Source: Gonapodya sp. JEL0774 (lineage: Eukaryota). From it: a stretch of 64,000 nucleotides of DNA. The position numbers were made by a program, and so were the translations under genes. Below, piece by piece: positions 53,943 through 64,000 of the stretch. Where the stretch lies: NCBI GenBank assembly GCA_027604505.1, contig JADIIX010000026.1, forward strand, positions 1-64,000. The letters are read 5' to 3'. Within the stretch, counting starts at the first letter, position 1; each line of letters begins with the position of its first letter. The notes beneath the pieces were generated by a model that had not been told where the DNA came from, made no database searches, and worked only from the letters and a program-made list of their open reading frames with translations.

Positions 53943-55703
53943 ATGCTTCCTGTCCGGACCGTCCTTGCTCGCCGCAGCTACGCTGTGATTGACGGCTCCC
54001 GCTCGGCACTTGGCATCAAGGTTGCCAAGTCCTTTCCCGCGTCTGCCCCAACTGTGACGAAGACAGTGTCGAAGGCAGCAGGGATCACGGTCGCCACCCT
54101 CGAAGATGGAGGCCCCCTCTCTAGGGTGGCAATTGTAGTTAAGGGTGGTAGCAGATACGAGCCAACGAGTACGCCCGGCGTCGCTCATGTGCTCAAAGGG
54201 TATGCCTTCGCGGTGAGTTGTGGACTTCCGGACCCACCAGCCGGGAGATATAGTAAATTGAGACTGGAGGAGAAGGGCAATTAGTAGGACTTTCCTTTTC
54301 TCTTTCGACTCGGATTCGAAGGGGGGACCTTCACCGCCAATTATTCGGGACCACGCATTGCAATTTGGCAAGCGGACCGTTCAATACAATGAGGGCGTGC
54401 ACCTCTGACCCAGAACGAACTTTCGTCTTAGGATAGCACGGATGCGTCGGCAATCAAAATTGTTCGCGAAGCAGAGCTCCGTGGAAATTCGCTGTATTCA
54501 TCTGTTGGGCGAGAGGAGATCGTTGTGGGCTCAGAGTTCTTGAGAGAAGATTTGTAAGTCAGCGTTTACTGTTGCGAACGCGCGCCTGTCTTTACTGCCG
54601 GGTGCTGAGAATCTTGAACCTGGTTGGGGAACATTCATGCCCCTGACATTTTAGGGTTGATGTAGTGCCTACCCTCCTCGGTACCATCTCCAACGCCCTT
54701 TACAACGCACACGACTTCTCTACCGTCTCCAGTCTGGCTCTCGAGGAGTCGAAAACTGCATTTTCAGACCCCAACGTCGCTGTGCATGACGCTCTCCATA
54801 AGATTGCGTTCCGCAATGGCCTCGGAAACTCCCTCTTCACCACGCCCACCACCTCCAAAACTCTCTCAGCCGATGCCGTTAAATCATTTGCCGAAACCGT
54901 TTTCACCCCGGCAAACATCGCCATTGTCGGCGCTGGTGTCGCTCACGCAGACCTTGTGTCAATTGTTGAGTCCCTTTCCAGCGCACTGTCTTTGGGAGAG
55001 GGAGCAGCTTCTTCACCACGCTCAACCTACTACGGCGGAGAAGTTCGCATAGAGAGTGTTGGGGAATCTCACTACATCATCGCTGGAGAGTCCTACTCAT
55101 TCACTTCTCCCGAATATGCCCGGGCCTTGGTTCTCAAACATCTCCTTGGTAACGGCTTAGTTCCCCCTGTGAAGTATTCTGCCCCTGGCAGCACGTACCA
55201 TGCACCGCTGGTTAAGCTATCAAGCAAGGCCGCCAAGGCCGCTGCTTTCAATTCCTCGTACTCCGATGCCGGTGTCTTTGGGGTCCATGTCGTCGCATCT
55301 TCTTCGGACGCCATCAAGGGGGCTGTCGAAGCTGCGGTAGCTGCACTCAAAGCTGCTTCTGCCGGAAAGTTTGCTGCTGATGATCTAGTCCGCGCCAGGA
55401 AGGCAGCGATTCTCGAGGCTGAGTCCGTTTCGAAGTCTGAGGCAGTGGTAGATGCAGGACGGCAGGCATTGTTGACTGGCGGCCTCACCACTACCGCTGA
55501 GCTCGTAGAAAAGATTAGCAAGGTCACTGTCGAGGAAGTTGCGAAGGTCCGTTCACATCTCAGTCATCTCAACCCAATTTTTCTCCAACATTTGAGCACC
55601 CGTTGCCTTCCAGGTTGCCGCCCACGTTGTCCAATCTCGAGCTTCCGTAGTGGCACTTGGAAACCTTCGAGAGCTCCCCTATGCCGATGAATTGAAGCTG
55701 TAG
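53943..55703 (+). CDS. QCR2: Cytochrome bc1 core protein 2 (M16 family), 4 exons
   Basis: Mitochondrial presequence, KGGSRYE..PGVAHVL, ALHKIAFRNGLGNSL, AFNSSYSDAGVFG, and C-terminal LGNLRELPYADEL. Confidence 0.92.
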
Positions 55704-55907
55704 ACGTCGATGTGTGATGTGGTCAAATACATATGCAAGCCCAATGTGACCACAGTCATACTTGCAGCCTGATTGAGTGTTTTGAGTGTCGATTCTGTTA
55801 CTCATCAGTCAACCGAATCGAGGAAAACAATAAAGCATTCGCTTGGCGGACTGAAGTGCCGAACGTGGTCAGCTAAATTCCCCGCAGTAACATGCCCCGA
55901 TGAATTG

Positions 55908-57270
55908 ATGGGGAAACCTTGCCCTCCCCTCCCTCAGGAACTTTGGTAACTGTTCATGTGTCGGTGATGCTCGTCAGTGATAAAGTTGATGCAATCATTT
56001 TGATTCAGGAGCGAGATTCTTGGTTATTTCCCCACGGACTATTTGTGGACAAGCGTGCGACTTGTCACCAAAGCCTGGTGTGTGATAACACAGAACGGAG
56101 CTCTGGATTTACAGATTTCAAATGATAGTGTCTCTATTCCATTTTCTTGCAAAGGTGCTCTATAATCCAGAATCTCGCCATCCGGCGCATCTCGCGTACA
56201 CATCGCTTCCGAATTTACGCACCCTCCCTTCTCCGGGACAGTCCGTTTGGTTTCCCCCCAGATTTACCTGACATATACGGTATATGCGATTTTGCTTTGT
56301 CCCACTATGATGAAGGACTTGGTGTTTTTGTGTGCACCCCGGTGCCGGATACCGTCAACATGTTGGTGGGAACGCCGGGAAGTCGGACTTTCGATTTGTT
56401 CGTGACCTCTCTCAGTGGAAGCACATTCATTGTTGCAGCACGCTGGGAAGTGGATATCGATGTTGGTAACCCTGAGACACCAAAAGCGCTAAGTATCCAA
56501 GGGAACTCAATGGTCCGATTCTCGATCACGTGGAATCGGGGAGATAGCACATTCCCGTCCAGCTCTACCCAACAGTACTTATGGTACAAGTTCCCTCTCG
56601 CCAAGTGGAGAGAGTGGATGAGACGGACCGAGAAACCAGAAGCGCACGGAAAGTTTGACGTTTTGATGTTTCTGCCCGGTAAGCAGATTTGCGAAGTTGT
56701 TTCTCCACCTTCGTAACAAGAAGTTTTGAGACAGGTCGCATTTTCCGGGCTATTCAACCCCCACAAAAGATTGGCCGCCGAAAAACTATTCATACGATTC
56801 GCATTGGCCGCCCAAAACTAGTTTTCCGTCTCTCATTTGAGGAAATATACCGTTCTCTTTACGAGTGGACAGGCACAGGATGGACAGACTGTCTGCAGAG
56901 TCCGGAATGTTTGCCTTTGACCCTGAAGTTTTTGACAGAACCACGAAGGATTTCCGTACCGGCAAACCCAAGAGAAACAAATGCTCGTCCAGATGTAGTT
57001 AGTGAGGGCGATCTTGCACGAAGTGCGATTGGACAGCTGGTCTTGAGGGCTAAACTCTCCGCCCTTATCCGCTTGGTGGTTATTGGCGCTCTTTTACGAA
57101 CACTTTCTCTGCTGTGGAAATGTGACCCACCTCGTAGCACACTTTGCAACTTTGTTCGCTCGCTAATTGGTGGGTTATTTGGTTCTGTTTGGCGACACGT
57201 TTCGTCTCATAAAGATGTGGTGCAATTCAGCATCAGTTCCTCAGATGATCGCATTGTACGGGATAAATAA
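55908..57270 (+). CDS. F-box protein, 4 exons
   Basis: Splicing gives MGKPCPPLPQELWSEILGYFPTDYLWTSVRLVTKAWCSII (canonical F-box) and joins ORFs 56147-56716 and 56689-57270 in frame. Confidence 0.8.
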
Positions 57271-57596
57271 TAGCTTTCCTTTTGTATTTGCTGGAGTAAT
57301 CCGCTCGTTGTGCTGATCGTTTGCATGCCAAATTCGAGTTGACGCGGATTCACTTCAAATTTTCCGTATTACCAAATGCCATGGAAATCTTCTCATTAAT
57401 TTGGTTTGCGGTATCAACTCTTATGTCGAGTATTTGATGGTTTTGAAGAATCGTTGCACGTGCTGGTGACATCACAGTATAAAGATGGTTCTGGGTCCTC
57501 CGTGTGCCCAACCTTGCCAGAAACCTTGCATTGCAATCTGTTTTCGCACCGGCACATATTTCTACTGTCCGTTCTTTTTCTTTCTCTGCCGCACTA

Positions 57597-59641
57597 ATGG
57601 AGCGAGTCGAGGCACAAACCACTCTACATACTGCACGAGAACTTGCTCCACGAAATAGTTCGAACATGATTCGTAATACCGCCAGAACCAGACCACCTTT
57701 ACCATTATCTGCCTTCTCACGAGCAGTCATTCCTGATGAAGAGCTTGGGAAAATCTCGAATCAGAGACTGAAGAAGTTCTACAGAGGTGGGAAATGAAGC
57801 TCCAAGTGTTGCACTCCAATATCCACCTTTTCGCATACTCCCAGAGCAAAATGAGCTGATAGCATCCATCAGTCTGATCGACGAATTTGTTCGGGATTAT
57901 CTTTCGAAGTTACGGCACATCGGCGGAGTGAAACGTGGGCCGGGCCCTACGCTCACTCTAACTCGCTCGACACCAACCGATGAAGCGACCTCACCCGAAG
58001 GTGCACCCCTCCTTCCACTGACACCACCAACTATTTGTGTTGACGTGCCAGCGGACTTGGAGAGCCAACCTTTGTCTGCGCATACTGAAGTGACTATTGC
58101 TGCTTCGGTTTCCACGAGTAGGAGGCCTTCCACGGCGACCGCATCTTCCGAGCAACTTCCAGGAATGCGAAGCGCGAAAGAAACTCGCCGAGCGAAAATT
58201 GGAATATCGGGGAGTTTTGTAGCTAACATCATGCTACTACTGTTAAAGCTCGTGGCAACGATTTCATCGGGTTCGCTTTCAGTGCTGGCAAGTGGTGGGA
58301 TTCTTATAACACGTATTTTGGCGATTCTTGCTAGTAGTCGTTCTTATTTCGTCTCTCGCTACAGCCATCGACAGTGTGCTTGATCTTGTTAGTGGGAGTG
58401 TCATCTTCTTCACATCAAGAGCCGCCTCCTCTCGCAAGGATATCGCTATTTACCCTACTGGAAAATCGCGACTCGAGCCATTAGGAGTTATGGTATTGGC
58501 AAGTGAGTCTGTTCTGGATTGAGGATTTTTGGTGAACGGCTGACAAGCAAACGGCAGTTCTCTCGTCGATGGTCAGTCCTCACGTCTCTTGTTGGTGCTC
58601 AGTTGACAAATGCCGCTCATGCCCATGTAATAATTCAAGGCGGCAGTTCAAGTTATCAATGAAGCGGTCAGGCGATTTATCGCAGCAGAGCCGTCTGTCA
58701 TTAATCTAGCAACTCTGGATATCGTGTTGCTCTGCACTGTGGTGTTTGTGAAGGGTTGTTTGTGGATTTTTTGTCGAAGGATTGTTGAGAGCCCCGGATG
58801 CCAAGCTCTGGCGCAAGACCATTTCAATGGCAAGTGGGACCTGCGTTCATTCCATGCTTTTGAAGTGTATGGATCCGCTGACATATTTTGTTATCAGATG
58901 TCATTTCCAACACTTTCACAACGGTTGCTGGTGTTTTAGCTGCGAGAACTTTGTGGTGGCTGGACCCTCTCGCGGCTGTTCTGATATCACTTTACATTAT
59001 TCTCAACTGGCTGAGGTAAAGTTTCTACACAATCTATACCATGGGGCGGCTCCTGACATTGCCTTGTGTCGAAGGACAACACTCGAGAACATAAGGCGCC
59101 TGACAGGGCCCATTGCGACACCCAGAGACAGCCGGTTGCTCACGCACTTGGTTTATAGTTTCCTGTCACAGTTTCCAGATTCATTTTTGGCGAATTATGC
59201 CAAAGACTTTGATCACTGGCAGACTGAAATCCGTGACTGGTACATTGACACGATTCGACCATATCATCTGGGTACGAGTGATCGTCGTCTATGCTAACCA
59301 TGATGCATCTCTCAAACAATTTGCTTTCATGCTGCCTAGGGAACAACGTATTTGCAGAAATCGACATTGTCTTACCACCAAAAATCCCTCTTCTGGTTGC
59401 GCATGATATTGGACAAGCGCTACAGGACTGCTTGGAGGCTTTCCCATCGTTCATGGATGGTCAACCATTTGATGCTCAAGAAGCTGTCAATATTTCACGG
59501 ATTGAGCGTGCTTTTGTGCACTTAGATTGGGAGTGGAACCACGTCGCAGAGCATCAAGGGTTTAGTCATAGCCGACATAGATTGTCAAGGAAAGATTCCA
59601 TGACAGTAATTGACGGTGCCTCACCCGGAGGCATGGTGTAG
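57597..59641 (+). CDS. Cation diffusion facilitator, Mn-type (MTP8-11-like)
   Basis: Motifs FYREQNELI, SGSLSVLASAIDSVLDL, YPTGKSRLEPLG, AQDHFND, AHDIGQALQ and IERAFVHLDWE are present. It includes a 14-nt micro-exon and a GC-AG intron. Confidence 0.9.
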
Positions 59642-59757
59642 GGTATGGTATTATTCGGCACGCAGAAATTATTGGCTACAGTGAAAAGTTCTGTAGAATG
59701 ATGGGATGATGCAGCTGGAAAGCCATATGTACACCAATGTGATTAAGCGACGGCAAT

Positions 59758-62250
59758 TCACACCTTCTCCAAGAATGTTTTAGCATTCCCCATGAATGTT
59801 GCCTCTTCACTCTCATCATCCGCAGTGTCTCCGTCACCACCTGTTTCTTCAACAACCCTTGACTGCTCCACCCTCGAACTTGACCTGTCGTCCACAACGA
59901 CTTCGTCACTACCCCCAGAACCCTTGCTGTTTCCTCTATCCTCCGGTATCGCCGCTACAGTTCCACACGCGAAGAACCCTGCCACAGCAAACACCACTAA
60001 CGGCACCCACAACGCTTCATCGCTTGTGTTCCCTTCCCCAGACCCGGATCCTGCATGCACAACCAGTGGCGCTACTGTTGCCCCAATTTTGGAAGCCGTC
60101 TGTGCAATACCAATGGCTGTGTTGCGTACCTCAGTGGGGAATGATGTCGACGTAAACGAATACAAGGTAGTGTACACCAACGAGACCACAAAGTAGCTTG
60201 GCAAAGTCAGCAATGAGACTGCCGTGGCAAGGGGCACTCCCGATATGGTCGCAGGTTCCCCTTCGGTAGCTGCGCGAGCACCCCATAATGCGACACTCGC
60301 TGCAACGGCGAACAAAAACGAGGACAATGCGAAACCCCACGCTAAGGTATGCCGTGCACCAAGCCAGCGGAGAGTAGGCGCGGCAAGTAGTTGGGCGGGG
60401 ATTGCCGCAAGGGAGAGGAGAGCGTTCAGGGAGTAGATGTCAATTGTGAGGGTGGGTGGGGGTGGTTTCGTACCGGGAGTTGGTTCAGATGGCACGTTGG
60501 GCGAGCTCGTAAGGTTCGTAGTATCGAGTGCGACGCCTTGAAGCAAATGAGCTTTGTAGATATGTTGCAAAATAGTTCCCTTTACCCATTGCTCACCGTA
60601 GAACAGCATTGCAATCGCACCCCACACATAGCATAAGAGCGCCAATCTTATCAAGTATTTTCTCTCTGTCAGAGTTCGTACAGTGCCATTAGCTGCAGTT
60701 CCCCATTCGTCTGCAACAAGGTGTTGCGAGGGCATGACCCGCAACACTGCATGCCCATCGGGATAGCTATCGTCATCGTGCGACTCTCGAGATGAGCGGG
60801 AGTCTCCCGAAGGAGAAGGGGACGAGGGTCGGGCGAGCGACGGATCGTCGTGGTGTGTAGTATCCGGTGAAAGCTTCTGGTATCCGTTCACTGAGCCTAA
60901 GGGTAAAAAGCTGTATATCCAGCCCAAATGAAGGTTTCGTAATGCAGGGGTAAGCCTCCCATGAGGCACGTTGGAATGAGCAGACGGTGATTGCGTTGGT
61001 GGGATGGGTGAATGCCTACCATCCGCCGATGCTTCAAGCCTTTTTGACTTGCTGGGGGAACTACTGGAAGGTCGCAACTGGTGTGCAGCTCCGGAGGACC
61101 TTGCGGGAGAGGGGCTCTCACTGCGAACAAATATTGAAGCATCGAGCGGTGCCCGGCGAGGACTGGAGTGCCTGCCTGCACGAAGAGTGTGAAAAGAGTG
61201 CGCGGACGCTGAAGAGTTGTTGGATGTGTCAAGACGGCGAGAGCGAGGGATGCGAAGGCTCCGAGGGACAGAGTGAGAGGAGACGGCGGAGAATGATGCC
61301 TCGTCTGAGGTTTTTCGGGCGTGATTGCGAGCGACACTTCCCTCAATGACTTCTGAGCGGGTGCCAGGACGTCGGAGCGTGTGGGAGTGGTATTCCAAGA
61401 CAGCGGTGGTGGCCGAATCATCAAGTGTGGGCGATCCTCTCGCCCCAGCCTTTGCAAGCTCCTTGTTCTCTTTCCACTGTGCGCTCTCGTTCACCCCACC
61501 TAGCACCACCGCAGCCGCCACAATCGCGCACGCGACGCTGACTGCAATGTGTGTCGGCCGCCAGTGCGGTAGAGCGAGTGTAAGCGCGACGAGAAAAGCC
61601 GCGCCGAGGGACCACTGGACGTTGAAAAGGACCGAAACGGTTCCATGGCGGCGCTCGAGGGAGGGACCAAAGTGTTCGACTGCGAGTACGAAGGCAGAAA
61701 GACCATTCCCCCCTAGACCAATTGAGTCAGGGAAGCTAAAGGAACCACCGGGGACGAAAAGCGAGCTGGAGATACACAAACTTGAAACTCACCAACTGCA
61801 AAGCCAAGGACCAATCGCAAGAGCACGTAAGCCCATACCACTGATTCGGTCGTTTCTCCGTCTGCTCTGGTGACAGTACCGGTGGGCACTGGGAGTGTCC
61901 CACGAGTGGCATCACCGGGCAAGCATGCCTGAGCAGCTAGAGCAGCAGCCATGGCAAGACCAGTTGCCACCACAACTGGTCGGCGGCCGACTCGGTCTGA
62001 AATGAGCGAGCATATTGTGGCGCCTTCGCACGATGGTAGTGACAATTCAGTGACTGAGTTTTGAATTGAGCACGGCAAGTCCTCACCAACAAACCAGCCA
62101 GCAAAAAGAGCAGTTTCCACAAGAGCGAGCTGGTGCGGTGCCGGAGAGGGAAGGAATGTGTTGTGCGAATCCAAGGAGGTGTTTGAGGGCTCAAAGGAGA
62201 AAAGAGGTAGATCTGGGGGAGAGTGGATGACAGGCGTTGGAAGTGCAAAT
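59758..62250 (-). CDS. MFS transporter, SLC22/OCT-like (paralog 2) with a long Ser/Arg-rich central loop; 5' end uncertain
   Basis: Motifs ISDRVGRRP, PHWR...ESAQW and FPTEVRNTAIGIAQTASKIGATVAP are present, with clear similarity to the gene at 33853-35800. Confidence 0.85.
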
Positions 62251-62266
62251 GAGTTCACGTGGCCAT

Positions 62267-63557
62267 TCACCGAACGAACTGTGTACCAAACAACCTGACG
62301 CCGCTCCATCCCACCATCACCTCAGCATACGTGATCATGTCTTCTCCCTTGGACTTCTTCGTGCCTTTACAGAAACGCAGATGTTCCAAGAAATGATTCA
62401 CAAGCATTTCGCTGCGATACATGAGCGACCACGACCTCTTCGCTACCGCTTCTTCCAAGCCGCCGATTCCTCCCGAAGCTTCATTGTTTGTAAGGAACTC
62501 ACAAACAGCGCATGGCACTGTTGTCCAGTGGAGTGATAGAATCAGGACATCTATGATTTGGCGTCTGGTTAGCGAGCGCAAGACTTGGAGCATCCCAGGG
62601 TTCTGCTCGCTCAAGGGCATAGAGAAGCAGACAATATCACTGCTGCTGGCCGACTCCAAAGGCAGCTGCTCAAACAGGTTCCCAAACACAAGTGAATATG
62701 TTTGCGATGAATATACATAAGTGAATCGCACCTCCCTCAGCAGGGACATGCATGTTGACATCAAATTTTCCATTCATCACTCCCTTTGCAGAGAGCTTTG
62801 AGTTCATTTCTGAATTCAAGGTGTATATGAGTTGATAGAGTTGATGGAATTTGTTCACAGCTATTAAATACTGCTTGAATCCCGCTTTTTCCATTTCTAT
62901 TGATTGCTCACAAAGAGCTGGATTCTCTCTCCAAAAACCTTCGTGAGGGTTGATGTTTCTGTCGTGGGAGTGAAGAAGGAAAGCGGGGCTGCAATGTAGG
63001 CCGAACATATCCCGAACATGACATTAATTATCGATGCACAAGAACGAGGATCGTTGGCTGAACAAGGATTAACCTCATTCACCGACCGCGACACCACGGA
63101 TTTGATGGACGTGAGTCTGGTGAGATTCCACCTTTGGCGATTGTGCGAATGACGCGGCGTTAGTGATCGGGTTTGACATGCAGGTACCCCAATCCGATGC
63201 ACCCGTCATTTTGCCCAGCGACAGTGATGCCACATCTGAAAAGAAGCCGTTGGACAAGCCAACGCCCATCAACGTGGTAGGCGGGGAACACAAGGCTGTA
63301 TGTAATGAGCGTTCGCTAAGAATTGATGCGATTCGTTGCGCAACGGCTGGACTGATTCGCTTGTACATCTCAAAGGCTAGTTCCATCGTGAATGCAAATC
63401 TTCCTATGGTGAAAAGATTCGTCGCCGCAAGTGAGGTGAGTTGAGCCACAATGCACCATGGGCATGCCACACATCGGGAGATCCCGCCCGTACAAGAAGT
63501 TGCTGGCGCTCGAGGGAATAGAATCTGGGCGGAGATGAAATATAGGAAAGGCAACAC
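62267..63557 (-). CDS. Hypothetical multi-exon protein (function not recognised)
   Basis: Three long coding-like ORF segments flanked by splice-like signals. The start is uncertain. Confidence 0.5.
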
Positions 63558-64000
63558 AGGTCTGGTCCTGGGTATTGGGAAGAAATAGGCGCGGTCTACT
63601 GCTGATTGTCAGAGTGGGGCATGTCCGTTTTCATTCCCGGTTTTGACTTCATCTCACATCTGTCAACGCATGTTTTCCAAAAAAAAAAAAATCACCACGA
63701 AATCGTAATCCGAAAGGACCACTACGGTGAGCTCAGAGTAATGAATCAATCCTCATGACATCATCTTGAATCTGTAGATCCGCACGATCCTTCAACAGAC
63801 TTCGTACGAGTCCGCGATTTTTCATATTCTCCTACTGATCCGCTACACTACGGCCTGGCTCGGACGACCTTTCCAGACTATGTATCGCGACATGCCAATT
63901 TGACAAGCAGCGTGACTCGAATCCTCCGCGAAAGCTTTAAGGCTGAGGGGTGGACTTTCCATAGAGGAAGAGTCACCAGTAGCTTCCCAGCATTGGGTGA

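Noticed and set aside
54213..54430. Hairpins in QCR2 intron 1
   Set aside because: The pairing is purine/pyrimidine low-complexity, and the box spacing does not support an H/ACA call.

Overview
Gene-dense, intron-rich eukaryotic DNA from a fungus. A Zn2Cys6 factor, NST1, ACR3 and HIS1 indicate a fungus, and a CFAP53-like flagellar gene suggests a zoosporic (chytrid-like) lineage. About 26 spliced protein genes or gene remnants were reconstructed by hand from GT-AG junctions. They include HIS1, ACR3, SEM1, a Cpd1-like 2H phosphoesterase, CGI121, ALDH7A1, a secreted Cys-rich protein, two intact and one or two decayed F-box genes, a G-patch/C2H2 protein and cytosolic LeuRS. Further along lie MsrB, RMD5, three MFS transporters, a Zn2Cys6 TF, NST1, CFAP53, TBCD, QCR2 and a Mn-type CDF. 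Non-coding features are an intronic box C/D snoRNA (snR54/SNORD59-like) in LeuRS, a second orphan C/D candidate, a MITE-like intronic repeat and a two-copy double-hairpin element. The most notable observations are (1) an MFS-RMD5-MsrB tandem array in which the MFS stop codon is directly followed by an in-frame ATG of the RMD5 ORF, (2) an intact 2H phosphoesterase with both catalytic motifs degenerate, and (3) a conserved ~35-bp element at two gene junctions. All calls are by eye without database searches, so some gene ends are approximate.
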